Part shown: piece after piece, positions 23,001-45,900 of the stretch
How positions within the stretch are numbered: the stretch's first letter is position 1
Layout of the letters: each line of letters begins with the position of its first letter
NCBI RefSeq assembly: GCF_963506605.1
Contig: NC_083281.1
Coordinates: forward strand, 56,730,001-56,794,000
Reading direction: 5' to 3'
Source of the DNA: Zootoca vivipara
Taxonomy: Eukaryota
Length of the DNA stretch: 64,000 nucleotides
The notes under the pieces: generated by a model
What the model was told of the DNA's origin: nothing
Database searches by the model: none
Seen by the model: only the letters and a program-made list of their open reading frames with translations
Position numbers and translations under genes: made by a program

Positions 23001-26000
23001 AAGATGACTTAATTTTTAACCTGGTGTCGAAAGGATTTTAAAGATGGTGCCAGGACAGACCTCCAAAGATGGAGAAGCCCCCCAAAAAATCCTTGCCCTT
23101 GTTGCCACCCACAGATGAAGGCCAAAGGGTCTGGAAAGCTTCTATCAAGAAAGGAGTTCTGAAGGATATTGGGATCCTGAGCCATAAAGGACCTTCCAGG
23201 TTAAAACCAGCACTTTGAAATGTGCCGGTAGCCACTGCAGCTGTGCCAAGTCTGGTGTTATATGATCAGCCTGCCTAGGCTGTCAACAAGCCTGTAATAA
23301 AATTACTCTGGCCCTTAGCAATACACATGCCCCTTTTCACTGGGGCCGAGATTTCCTTCTAGAATGACTGCAGGCAACTCGGCCCGCTGGGACAGATTGT
23401 ATGTCTTGGGGATTATTTTCTATTTCATGTATGTTAAGCGTGCCAACGCTGTTGCTTGGTTCCTACGCGCACACATACCCGTGAGGAGCTCATGTGTCTT
23501 GCTTGGAATGCTACTGTCCCGAGTAGATTTGACGAAAACACCGCCCTCACTCCCTCATTAATCATCACCGTCTCTCAAGGGTATTTCGCCACTCCCAGTA
23601 TAGATCCTTGTAGGGCCAAAGTGCTACACTCCAACACCTCCCCTCACCCTGCAATGACAACTGTCCACCCTCTTCTCAGAGGATCTTTGTCTCCTGGGAG
23701 GCTGTAAGCTGATCAGCTGCTGACTAAAAACTTTCCCTTGAGATGCCAAGCCTCCTTCCCCATTTCCTTAGAAGCAGCCCAGTAATAAATGGTCTCATTG
23801 TCTATGCAGCTGGTACTGTTACGATTGCAGCTGCAACACTTCAGGCTCCTGCTCCACACCGTGGCAGAGATTTCTTTCTAGGGTGATTCCAACCAATTCG
23901 GGCCACCCTCCGTGTTCATTTGCAGCTCATGTAAACTGTGTGTCTCGGGCATTATTTTTCATTTAATGTATGTTAAGTGTGTCAGTTCTGTTGCTTGATC
24001 CCAACGACTAGACACACACACACACACATATGGAGAATGCTTCACAGCCCACTTGGCCACAATGACTTTCAACAGCGGGAGGCATGTTGATGGCAAGATG
24101 GCAACATGTCTCTGACCAGTCGCTGGTGGGATCCTGAGTGGGACAGTGCTCTGTTTGTGCTTGGATCCTACTTGAAGGCTTCCCTTTATGGTATCTGGTT
24201 GGCCACTGTGAGAACAGGACACAGGGCTAGATGGGCCTTTGGCCTAATCCAGCTCTAGGGCTTTTCTTGCGTTCCTATGGCAAGACCAAGCAACTGACCT
24301 GAAGCATTTATCACTAATGGCAAGGAAGTTAAAAACCAGACAAAATGTCTGCCATGAAGCCAGCTCAGAAAAAGGGTGGGGGTGGTACAGAATGAAGTCA
24401 ATTGAAAGAGTCAGGCTCTCGTGGTTTGAGACTCACCTCTTCTCTGAAATTCAACAAGTCTGGCTCACTCAGCGCACACACAGAAATCATCCGAAGGAGT
24501 GCATCTGCCTCTCACTCACATATTCACACCCACCCACACCCCGCTACCTAGCTGTGGCTCCTGCCACCTGTGACACACACCTGGACTTTGGACTTCCAAT
24601 CACTTTCTTGGTTGACCCCTGCTTGAAGCCATGTGAAGTGACATCGAGTGGGTGCTCCGGAACAGCACTCCAGCTGATAGCTGGGAGGAAAGAGAGGAGT
24701 CACTTGCCACAGAATATGCAAGGGAAACACTAAGTGCCACCTCATAAAGCCCCCAGCTCAGATGATTATCCTTTTGCAGGCAGCCCAACAGACGGCGGCC
24801 TTTGCTCCTACCACTGTTACCAGCTGTGGATCACCAGCTTCGCCTTTTGCTGCCCCAATGCCTGCAACCCTATTGCTGGGCACAAACATGATGGGATCTT
24901 TCCCCCTCCCTTAAAACCCCCAGCTCAGAACCAGACAGCTCAACAAGCACTTTGGCCATATCACTGAGAAGAAGGCGGAGGCCCAGGTATGCGCTGACAC
25001 CAAATGTGCACACATTAGTTACCCGCTGCCTCTCTTTTTCCTCCTTTCCCTTCCTCTTACCTGGTGATTTTATTCCTTCCAATGCAGCCAGCATTGCTTT
25101 CTATTATTACAAACAGCAATTTTATCAGTAATGTTTATTTGCACTGCTGATAATATCTGTTTATCAATCAAGTCAGCAGAAATACCCAGGGAACTTCCAG
25201 AATGAAATCTATTGCTCCCCACTCTACCCCCACCTCCAGTTTCCTTCTCATACAATTTTAGAGTTGGAAGAGACCCCAAGGGTCATCTAGTCCAACCCCC
25301 GCAATGCAAGTTGGTCTCTTTGGTTAGATGGCAACGTTGGAATTGTCTTCAGACTTTTATGGCTCTGGTAATGCATACAAACAATAACAATTCCTACAAC
25401 AGGGTCTCCCTGCTGCCACCTCCAAGCAAGGGAAGGAGAGTGAAAAGCCCAAGCACCCTCATAAACACCCTTGAAGACACCCACCTGCCCCGCAGGGCAC
25501 CACCTTCCCTTGGTGCAGAGCATGGTTGGCCTGGACTGCTTCACGGCTGTGGATGAAGCCCAGCTGGGACTGCAGGATTTCCACCTCCTGAACTCGGAAG
25601 CCATCTGGCAAACACAAAACAGGCAGACCCCTGGGGGACAGAAGAGCACAACCTTCGTTCAGCAACACAGCACAATCCAATGTTTGGAATATGGAAACAA
25701 GCATGATCCCCAAAAGTAACTGCAATGGGCTGCTCCATCCACCTGGCTAATACCCTCCCCATCCTCACAACTTGCTCACCTTGCAACGATGGCCCTCTGC
25801 AAGGCCTCCTGGCTGTAGGGACAACGGCCCACAACCATGGCTGAAAAGTAGATGGGCTGCTGGAGGAAATGCATCAGGAGGGCTCCCTGGCAGCCAAGGA
25901 CATTCCAGCGCAACAGCTTATCGCTGCAAGACATAGAGGCTGTCTGGGCTCCACGGCCTGGCTTGATCCGTAGAAGCCCCACGGTGTGGTAGTCGCCACC

Positions 26001-29000
26001 TGGCCGCTGGGAATCCCCTGCCTCTCCTGGGACACACTTGGCCCCAGTCCTGTGGACATCCACCACTTTGGTTCCTACACGGTCCTCAGCAGGGAGCTCA
26101 GCACCACAGACTTTCTGTCTCTTGGGGAAATGGTCAGCTGCCGTCTCTTCAGACTCCCTTTCAGCTGCCAGAGGCCCACAGTCACTGATGCCCCTCTTAG
26201 CTGCCTTTGATGGCTTCAGTGGCTGGCAAGGCTGTGCTTCCACTTCCAAGACTGGGATAATTGAAGCATCCCCACCTAGAAGAAAATGGGGGTGGGCTCT
26301 TAGAAGACAAAGACAAGCCCACAGAGGAAAAATTCCCTGGAGCATAGAACCCATCCTCTTTTGGGGTGAGGCAACCAGAGCTGCACAGTCTTCCAAGCAT
26401 GCTCTCCTCATAAATTTGTATAATGGCATTAAGATACTGGCCGTTTATTTTCAATCCCTTTCCTAACAATGCATAGTGTAGAATTCACCCTTTTTATAGC
26501 TTACCCACAGTGAGTTTCAATTACCTTTATATCCAGCCCAGTGGCTCAGTGATATGCTGGGCTACTTGGCAGCCAGGCTCTTTCACAATTTCACTGCAGG
26601 AACTTACCACCACCTCCACCTCCACCAATGCAGCACAGCCACACCAGGCTACCACCCAGCTCCAAGGGAGGCCACCAAGGGTAGGGGAGAGATTCCCCCA
26701 ACCAAAAGGGCTGTTTTGACATACTCACAAGGTGTGTGGCTGGAGAAAAAAATAAAGGTGATGTGTGGTTTGAGAATCCACTTCCCTTCCTCCATTCCTG
26801 GATGGAAGATGCTGGGCTCTTGGCACACAGCTGCCAGCCATAGCTGGTGTAGGAGGTACCTGGGGGCAAGAGGACAGCTGCTTTACAAGATACATCACCA
26901 GCAGTACCCCCTCTGGGGGCACCTGAATCTAATGCCATCCTCCCTGGGACTGCTGAGAAAAACTGCCACTTCATTTGCTTGTTTTAATTTGCATTTATGA
27001 GAGTGCTGCAAGAACCTGATGTTGGAGGGCACTCCTTGGTGAGAGAGAAGCATTCCTATGGGGAGGGTGTGTGTAACTAACCTATCTTCTGATGAAAGCT
27101 TAAGGACAACCTAGGCGGGGTGAGCTGCTACCCTAGAATGCAGGCTTATATTATTAGGTGGGTGAATGTTTGCTAGCATACTGTTGGATTCTGTCATTGG
27201 GATGTATTTGGAAGATGGTCCAGTCAGCAGAGGTGGTCTACTCTGGATCTTGACAACTATCCCCGAGTTGCCAATCCCCCTATTTTGGAAGGGTGATTGA
27301 GATGGTGGCGGGAGCACACCTGCAGGCACTGTTGGATGAGATGAATTTGCCAGACAGAAACACTTTTTTATGTCCATTGAAAACTTATTTCTCCCCACAA
27401 GCTTTCCTCTATTAGTCCATTCTATTTCTGCAGCTTTTAATTTTGGTTGACTTTTTGTTCTTAACTTTGCTTGGTAATTTGTATCACATTTTATATTCTG
27501 TTTTTTGTATGCAGCTCAGGTATTCTTTGAACGTACAGCAGTTTACAAATTCTTAAAATAATTGATCAGCCAATTCAAGTAAGTCCTGCTCTTTTGTCAG
27601 ATGCATTGCAGGAAGGAAAAGTGCAAAGTTTAGCTGGCTTAAAGGGCCACTAAGCTGGAATAAGCAGGCCCCCAAAGAGGCTGCCCATTCCAGGGAATCT
27701 TCCAACCTGCGCCCCCACCCCCGTCCATCCGCAAGCTCATTGCTCACCTCTGGAAGCTCCTCTTGGCCACCACTTCGGCATGACTGTCATTGAGGATGTC
27801 TCCTGCAGAAGCACCACCACCAAAACCAACAGAGTAAGCCCGACACAGTTCCGCTCCAGGAGGAAGCCAAGCACGTAGCCACACCAGTGTGCAGCTGCCC
27901 TTGCTCCATTCCAAGGGGCTTGTGAGGAGGGGGGACCCAGCTCAGCAGGCTCCAGCAGGTGGGAAGGGGGCTGCTTACCAGTCTTCCTCATTTCTGACTG
28001 CCCAATGCATTTCGTTCCAGTTCCCATGGCAACAATCACCTTTATTTCTGAGGAGGGTGGAATAATGGTAGTTGGAAGAGGGACAGACAATGTCCACATC
28101 AAGGCAGAGAAAAATTTGGGTTGGGCTTCACCCATATAAAGCCAGGCTCAGGAGCAGCAAGGCTGAATCAACAGCAGTTCCGCAGTTGCCTCTGCGGTGT
28201 CTTACCCTCATTTCACACACACACTTCTTAAGTCTTAAGTCGCAATAGATGATGTTCCCATGAAAGTTATTTCTTGTTATTCCTCAGGGTAGAAGGCACA
28301 ATGGGAGAGCCTACCCAGGCTCCCTGGGAAGGGAGTTCCAGAGCCTGGATGCTGCCACTGAGTGCAAGGCCCTGATCCCTTTAGCCTAGGGGAAGAAAGC
28401 TCTTGTCTTTCTTCTTTATTCTAGAACCAAACACCCTGGTTTCACAGCCAGGGGGGGGGAGGATAGTGAAACCCCTCTCCTGAAAGTCTTAGTGCTGCGT
28501 GGGGGGGGGGCGATATTCATATGGGATAAAGTAGCCAGGTCCAATCCACTGAAAACTTTAATGGCACAAGTGCTTTGAAACAGACCAGAAGCTCTTGAAG
28601 GATGGGAGTCAATACCCTAATCCCAAATGGAACTCTTTCCCCCAAGTATGCCATCCTCTCAACAGTCAGGGGGGAGGTGATCTGCCACACAAGCCAGGGA
28701 CACAACTAGGGTAACTCACTTGGGGCAACCAAGTTTTGCTAGGAGGAGCTGAATGCAGCAGCAGCAGCCTCCTCGGTTATGTCCAGCAGCACAGCTTACT
28801 GCCCCTTGCAAGGCATATCGGTGCAGAAGGCAGACCCATTAAAATAGTAGGCTGGGCTGCTTAATAAGGGTTCCCACCTGGGCATCAGTGAACTAAAATG
28901 GAAGGGAATGGGTGAATTCAGTTCGGGTGACTATCATATCTACTACTGTGGGCAAGAATCCTGTGGAAGAAATGGAGTGGCCCTCATAGTCAACAAAAGA

Positions 29001-31875
29001 GTGGCAAAAGCTGTGATGGGATGCAATCTCAAAAATGACAGAATGATCTCGATACGAATCCAAGGCAGACCTTTTAACATCACAGTAATCCAAGTTTATG
29101 CACCAACTACCGGTGCTGAAGAAAGTGAAATTGACCAATTCTATGAAGACCTACAACACCTTCTAGAAATGACACCAAAGAAGGATGTTCTTCTCATTAC
29201 AGGGGATTGGAATGCTAAAGTAGGGAATCAAGAGATAAAAGGAACAACTGGCAAGTTTGGCCTTGGAGTTCAAAATGAAGCAGGGCAAAGGCTAATAGAG
29301 TTCTGTCAAGAGAACAAGCTGGTCATCACAAACACTCTCTTCCAACAACACAAGAGACGACTCTACACATGGATATCACCAAATGGGCAGCATCGAAATC
29401 AGATTGATTATATTCTCTGCAGCCAAAGATGGAGAAGCTCTATACAGTCAGCAAAAACAAGACCTGGAGCTGACTGTAACTCAGATCATCAGCTTCTTAT
29501 AGCAAAATTCCAGCTTAAACTGAAGAAAGTAGGAAAAACCACTGGGCCAGTAAGATACAATCTGAATCAAATCCCTTATGAATACACAGTGGAAGTGAGG
29601 AACAGGTTTAAGGATTTAGATTTGGTGGACAGAGTGGCTGAAGAACTATGGATGGAGGCTCGTAACATTATACAGGAGGCAGCAACGAAAACCATCCCAA
29701 GGAAAAGGAAATGCAAGAAAGCAAAATGGCTGTCCAACGAGGCCTTACAAATAGCGGAGGAGAGGAGGCAAGCAAAATGCAAGGGAGATAGGGAAAGATA
29801 CAGGAAACTGAATGCAGATTTCCAAAAAACAGCAAGGAGAGACAAGAGGGTCTTCTTAAATGAGCAATGCAAAGAAATAGAGGAAAACAATAGAATGGGG
29901 AAAACCAGAGATCTGTTCAATAAAATTGGAGATATGAAAGGAACATTTCGTACAAAGATTACCATAATCAAGGACAAAAGTGGTAAGGACCTAACAGAAG
30001 CAGAAGACATCAAGAAGAGGTGGCAAGAATACACAGAGGAATTATACCAGAAAGATATGGAGGTCTCGTACACCCCAGGTAGTGTGGTTGCTGACCTTGA
30101 GCCAGACATCTTGGAGAGTGAAGTCAAATGGGCCTTAGAAAGCACTGCTAATAACAAGGCCAGTGGAAGTGATGATATTCCAGCTGAACTATTTAAAATT
30201 TTAAAAGATGATGCTATTAAGGTGCTACACCCAATATGCCAGCAAGTTTGGAAAACTCAGCAATGGCCAGAGGATTGGAGAAGATCAGTCTACATCCCAA
30301 TTCCAAAGAAGGGCAGTGCCAAAGAATGCTCCAACTACCGCACAATTGCCCTCATTTCACACGCTAGCAAGGTTATGCTTAAAATTCTACAAGGCAGGCT
30401 TAGGCAGTATGTGGACCGAGAACTCCCAGAAGTGCAAGCTGGATTTCGAAAGGGCAGAGGAACCAGAGACCAAATAGCAAACATGCGCTGGATTATGGAG
30501 AAAGCTAGAGAGTTCCAGAAAAACGTCTACTTCTGCTTCATTGACTATGCAAAAGCCTTTGACTGTGTCGACCACAGCAAACTATGGCAAGTTCTTAAAG
30601 AAATGGGAGTGCCTGATCACCTCATCTGTCTCCTGAGAAATCTCTATGTGGGACAAGAAGCTACAGTTAGAACTCGATATGGAACAACGGATTGGTTCAA
30701 AATTGGGAAAGGAGTACGACAAGGTTGTATATTGTCTCCCTGCTTATTTAACTTATATGCAGAATTCATCATGCGAAAGGCTGGACTAGATGAATCCCAA
30801 GCCGGAATTAAGATTGCCGGAAGAAATATCAACAACCTCAGATATGCAGATGACACAACCTTGATGGCAGAAAGTGAGGAGGAATTAAAGAACCTTTTAA
30901 TGAGGGTGAAAGAGGAGAGCGCAAAATATGGTCTGAAGCTCAACATCAAAAAAACCAAGATCATGGCCACTGGTCCCATCACCTCCTGGCAAATAGAAGG
31001 GGAAGAAATGGAGGCAGTGAGAGATTTTACTTTCTTGGGCTCCTTGATCACTGCAGATGGTGACAGCAGTCACGAAATTAAAAGACGCCTGCTTCTTGGG
31101 AGAAAAGCAATGACAAACCTAGACAGCATCTTAAAAAGCAGAGACATCACCTTGCCGACAAAGGTCCGTATAGTTAAAGCTATGGTTTTCCCAGTAGTGA
31201 TGTATGGAAGTGAGAGCTGGACCATAAAGAAGGCTGATCGCCGAAGAATTGATGCTTTTGAATTATGGTGCTGGAGGAGACTCTTGAGAGTCCCATGGAC
31301 TGCTAGAAGATCAAACCTATCCATTCTTAAGGAAATCAGCCCTGAGTGCTCCCTGGAAGGACAGATCGTGAAGCTGAGGCTCCAATACTTTGGCCACCTC
31401 ATGAGAAGAGAAGAATCCTTGGAAAAGACCCTGATGTTGGGAAAGATTGAGGGCACTAGGAGAAGGGGACGACAGAGGACAAGATGGTTGGACAGTGTTC
31501 TCGAAGCTACGAACATGAGTTTGACCAAACTACGGGAGGCAGTGGAAGACAGGAGTGCCTGGCGTGCTATGGTCCATGGGGTCACGAAGAGTCGGACACG
31601 ACTAAACGACTAAACAACAACAAGCTTTCTTTGGCCGTTCTTGACTAACAACACTAGGAAGCGAAATGCCCTCGCTGGATTTCCCTTTAAGGCGCCCCCT
31701 CCCGCCGCAGAAGCCAGAGCCCACCTGGTCCTCTCCGAGCCTCACCTGCGCTCTCCACCTGCAGCACCGCCGCCAGCAGAGTCCACTCTCGACCAGCCGC
31801 CGGCTTCCCTTGCTTAGGCAGCCGGGCGTCGTAGTGGCTGTAGCACAGGGCGGCCACCTCGTCGGCGGTCCACAT
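20026..31875 (-). CDS. ADAT1: tRNA-specific adenosine deaminase 1 (A37 of tRNA-Ala), 448 aa, 9 coding exons
   Basis: Exons (-): 31746-31875, 27979-28047, 27748-27802, 26729-26859, 25780-26275, 25485-25630, 24581-24680, 21627-21713, 20026-20158 = 1347 nt. Start MWTADEVA; motifs [37 protein letters not shown] and YQEAWK. Confidence 0.96.
28878..31623 (+). mobile_element. Young RTE-BovB LINE, 5'-truncated within the endonuclease, intact 901-aa ORF (APE + RT)
   Basis: ORF 28908-31613 has APE motifs ([27 protein letters not shown]) and RT motifs (QGCILSP, YADD). Tail ACGACTAAACGACTAAACAACAACAA. Homology begins at LGISELKW, so the APE N-terminus is missing. Antisense in ADAT1 intron; no TSD seen. 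Confidence 0.96.
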
Positions 31876-31879
31876 CCTT

Positions 31880-32420
31880 TGGGGCGGCGAAACGGACATC
31901 TGCCTCACTCCCTAGCGGGGACCTCCGGAGGTCGCGGGGCTCCAACTCCCAGCCGCCGCCGCCGCCGCCGCCGGGGATGGTGGTGCGGGCAGCAAGACAG
32001 AGACGGTCCAGCGGTCCCAGACCTGCCGCAGCACGAGGCGGGCTCCTCCTGCCTCCCCCTGCCCGGCCGAGCATCCCCGCTAAGAGCCTCGTCGCAACAG
32101 GCACCGACCCTCCCCCAGGACCCACCAGGCAGAAGGGAGGAAGACGGAAAAGCTCTGTGGCGCCGGTGCCCCGCCCCTCTCTGGGAACGCCAGGATCTAA
32201 GGATGCGCTTTGCACACGCTAAGAGGAGCTCTCGCTCGGAGAATATCAGAGCCGGTATCCCTCCCGCCGAGCCTCAGCGGCACTTCCGGCTCCCAGCGTG
32301 CCACGTGGGGCGATAATCGGCAGACACCATAGAGACCGAGCCGGACAGAGCGGCTCTCCCATTTAGCCGATCAGAAGCAGCAAGTGAAGGCTGCGCGCAT
32401 CCCTCTTTTTTAGCTATCGG
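31880..32420 (-). promoter_or_regulatory. ADAT1 CpG-island promoter / 5' UTR
   Basis: CpG-rich. ETS CCGGAAGTG (minus, 32281-32289) and E-box CCACGTGG (32301-32308). Confidence 0.65.
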
Positions 32421-33227
32421 GAATCCTAGAGGCAATAAGGTATAGAGTGACCGCTCATTTATTTGCAGGGTGGACATCCTGGTTATTTTTTACATCACCT
32501 CGGGCGACCCAGGCATTTCAGAAGAGCATCACGCGCTCTGCTCAGAAAACTCAAGCAGCAAAGCCCCGCTCCCGTGTGCTTTGAAGGGGCTACACTGTGT
32601 GGCTTTCTGTTCATCTTCCAACTACTAAGAAGTATAAAGGAATAAATCACTACCTGAAGACTGGGGGAAGGCGCATGGGTTTTGTTAAAGGGAACAGGGC
32701 TCATAAAAGGGCAACATACAACACCACAGGCCATTTCTCATAAAGTAGCAACAAATGCAAGACAGCTGGAGGAATGCAATATAATAAATGCAATGGATGG
32801 CAACATAGCCTTTCGTTTGGAAAAGTCAGGTGACCCCAGCAGGGTGGAAGCCACTGCAATCTAAGCGAGGTTCTTTCTTGATATCCTGCCCCTTTCACTA
32901 TATGCTGGCTAGCAATCAACAGGGAGCTGAGCCGTGACATTTTACTTCTGATGTTTGCAACCATGGTTATGCTCATTCGCCCAGGCATTGAGCAGATTCC
33001 CTAATTCCCATCATTCTTCATATGGCTCCAAAGGCAGCATGACGTTCCCAAGACACTTCGTGGTTTCAAAATAACCATGAAAGACGAGCGGAATCTGAGG
33101 GGAGACATAATGGGCCAGGCCAGTCACAGCTGCTGTGCCCCATACGCAGGGGAGGGGGCCTTTCTATGCTCCCCCCAGAAATCATGAAAAGACAAATTCA
33201 TAACAAACAGCAATAGCACACAGCTCC

Positions 33228-33233
33228 TTTATT
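33228..33233 (-). terminator. KARS1 polyadenylation signal AATAAA
   Basis: tttatt on +, about 80 nt past the KARS1 stop. Confidence 0.7.
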
Positions 33234-33314
33234 CATGATTGTAAAATACAGAAGCGTGCCCTGGCATGTTCAAAGGCCCAGAACAGCCTCTGTCCCCTAA
33301 TGCAGCCTGTTGGG

Positions 33315-42587
<9,273 letters not shown>

Positions 42588-42966
42588 CTTCAGGGCCGGC
42601 AGGTGCTTCTTCCACCCACAGGAAACAAAAGCGAAAGCACTTCTGGGTCAGCAGCCGCTTTTCCCGCAAGTGGCCACGCCCTTTCTCGACAAAGCCCCGT
42701 CCGCGTCTGCGCAAACTGGAGCGCGGCGGCCGCAAAAGGAAATCTTCCGGTACGTTGCCGCCGCCGTTGAAGGGAGGAGTGGGCGGAGTGCAACGGGTCA
42801 AGTCGCCCCGCCCCTAATCTGAGCACGCGGGTGCCCCTGAGCGCGTGCAGAGTGCCAGTTCCCTTCCAGGCAGAGCAGCCCGTAGGCGGCGTCGGGTCGG
42901 AAGTGGGGTGCCCGAGCAGCCCGTCGCGGGGCTCGTCCTTCCGCTGCAGTCCCAGCTGCCCGGACG
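42588..42966. promoter_or_regulatory. Bidirectional KARS1/TERF2IP promoter
   Basis: 379 bp between divergent ATGs, within a CpG island. YY1-like AAGATGGCGGC overlaps the KARS1 ATG. ETS sites CTTCCGG (~42744) and CGGAAGTG (~42898); GC box at ~42781. The head-to-head arrangement is known to be conserved in vertebrates. Confidence 0.85.
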
Positions 42967-45900
42967 ATGCTGGGCACAGCGGAGGCCGAGGGTGAGGCGG
43001 ATGGCTCTGCCCCGCAGCCTCGGCTGTTCTTCCAGCGGGAGGACGGCAGCCCCCTGAGCTTCTACGTGCGCCCCGGGGCAGCCAAGGTGGAACTGGCCCC
43101 GCTGATCCTGCGCCACGGCGGGCGCCTGTGCCGCGTTCAGGAGCCGGGCGCGGTGCTGCTGGCCCGGCCGGGAGAGGTGCCGCCGAGAGCCTCGGGGGTC
43201 TTCATCTCCGCCAGCTACGTCGCCGACTGCGTGGCCCGCCAGGAGCTCCTGCCGCTGGAGACATACCGCCTGCAACCGCCGCCGGTCACCGCGGACGCGG
43301 GCGGTGCCGAGGGCCGCCTGCCCTTCAGCGAGGCGGAAGACCGGGCCATCCTCCTGCACCTGCGGAGGAGCAAGAGAGGCAGCAGCGGCAGGCGGGCAGC
43401 CGGCAGTGGCAACGCTGTCTGGAAGGAGATGGAGGAGGCCCGGGTGACGCCGCACTCCTGGCAGGCCATGCGCGACCGCTACCTGAAGCACCTGCGGGGC
43501 AAGGAAGACCTTTGCCTGCCTCCCCAGAGACGCAAGCTCAGAAGCTCGTCTGAATCTGCTGCTGGTAAGCAGGGCTGCTTTAGCTGGAACGGGCTAAAAG
43601 GCCTCCTGCCGCAGCACAGGATCAGAGCACCTGCTTGGCATGCAGAAAGTGACCCAGGTTCAGTCCCTGACATCATCTCCATCTAGGGCTGGGAAGGAGT
43701 CCTGCCTGAAGCCATACAGAGAGTCACTACTGCCAGTCAGGACCAGTAAGGCCTGGCAAAAGGATGCTTTCCTAGCCGGAAGGCAGCAAGGTGGCCATAT
43801 CTGGCATCACTGCTGCATTATGGTGAGGGAGCTTGTCTGGGGCACCCTGGCCCACCTCCTGCTTCCACCTTCCTGGTTGTCAAATACTACCACTTCTATT
43901 GCAGGTTTTTGTCCCTTCTGGGCTTCTATATTGCCCAGAAATGAGACTTTGGCCTGGTGTTGGCCAAAGGAGTCCCCACAGGCAAAATTCTCCCTTAGGG
44001 GTTTTTCCTCCTGCCTTCTCCCTTCTCTTCACACCTTTTCTGCCTCCAAGCCCTATCATGGGAACATACTGTAATTCGAAATCTAGGAAAGTAGCTTCCT
44101 GCTTCCTTCTCAGTCCTGCCTTTGGTCAACACTGCGCTTCACCCTGTCATTTCCTCATGACATCTCATATGCTTTGAAGCTCCTGCTTCTGCCTGCTGGT
44201 GACCTGCCAAGTATTTCCCCCGTGAGTGTGCAAGTGTTTCATGCACACACACACCTTTCACTCTTCTCTTCTTCCCCACCACTCTTGTTCAACTCCCTAC
44301 TGTCCTTTGACTATTCCCCCCTCCCCCCCTCCAGGCTCCAGTTTCCCAGTCCATGATCGCCTTGCCTCTGGATTGCTTACCCCTTTGGAGGGGTATCCAC
44401 TCCACCCTTAGGATTCTTCAAATCCTCTGGCTTCTTGCCTGTTCAGTGCTGCTCCTTCTGACTTGTGTGAGGGTCTTCCCCACCCAGTGTTCAAAACTCC
44501 CATTGTTTTAGGTGCGTTTTGCGACAGGGAATTTCATTAGCGTGATCAGTTTCTGAGCTCTGGGTGTAGTACGGTACTGCGCCTAAAGATTTTAGATTAA
44601 AACTGAAAAATGGAAGGAAAGCAGAACCTTTTTCTGCCTCCCCACATCCAGCTACTCTCTGAAGACTGGAGAAGAGACCCTCATAAAAATATTAGGGGGG
44701 TGGGCAGGGGAAGGACTAGACCATGTGAAAAATGAACATAATATTTTAGCTGCAGTTCATTCATTTTCAGCTTTGTATTCTTGTTATTAAAAAACATACC
44801 TAGACATTCTGTTGTTGCACCCATAACCTAGGTTTAAGGTGCCATTTAGCTGCTAGCTTTCATATCTCAGTCCCCAGCCTAACTGACCCTTTGTTTCCTC
44901 TGGAAAAGAGAGATTTTTTTGCAGTGCAGCGGGCCTGCAGCTTATATTCACTTTAGCTGCACAATCACAACCTTACATATTGGGGGGGGGGCAGAGAATA
45001 AATAAATCATGTCGGAAAAGCCCATCATTCCCCGCTCCATTAGCTAGCTGAGGCCAGTGGGGCTTCAGGAACTGAAGCTGCCATTTCCTTCTCCCATTTT
45101 TCAAGGGCCCATGGCACCAAGCAAGGTGGTAATTGGTGCATCATCACAAAGGTGGGAAATGTGGCCTGGATGACTTTTGTCACAGTGAACCTCAACATAC
45201 CTTTGTCTTTAGCAGCCTCCCAAAGTACGGAAGTCAAGGATGTCCCCCAGCCAGAGGATCAAAGCCATACTGTGGAAGGATCAAAGGTACATAGCATTTT
45301 CCAGACAGCTAACAAAGAATTTGAAGACAATGGGGTACAGGTGCCTTCGCACTGAGTGTTTTAGCATATATAATGACTAAAAGCAGAACTGATTACATTT
45401 ATTTGACATTTTGGCCTTGGACATTGGCAAACGTAACTTGTTTGTCACTGGCTATTTAGCCTGGAATTGCTAGGTTTCATTAAGGCACCTTTTCCTGGGT
45501 GATATAGGCAGTGCTGTGTGCCAACCTGTTCATTCCAGTGTTGTCCCCTTATATTTTTTCAGACCATATTTGTAGCAATCCTACCCCCCGCCCCATTGCA
45601 GTGTCAGCCTGTGTTGTGCGTGTGCCAGTAAACACCCTTGAGGCATTTCAGGATTGCCATGTGCTTTTAATTGGAAAAATGCTCCTTGCAGCTTCAGAGA
45701 AGGAACTAGTCATTAACCTCCCTGCCTCCCGCACATGGGGAACAGGGATTAACCAATTAACTAATGATGCAGCCTGCTAAACGGGAACCATTTTAGAGGT
45801 AGAAGCTGCCGAAGGAGGCTTCTGATTAATGTTTCTGTTTCACCTTTGCTGATTCCTAGACCATTCTGCACTATAGGAAGTGTCTGTTGTCTGATGTTGC

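Noticed and set aside
29576-31585. Recurrent antisense ORFs (193, 135, 171 aa) in the BovB copies
   Set aside because: They recur only because the copies are nearly identical; they are shadow frames of the sense ORF.
28908-31613. 901-aa RT ORF as a domesticated gene or novel RT system
   Set aside because: It is an ordinary 5'-truncated BovB copy with near-identical paralogs and a tail in the same window.
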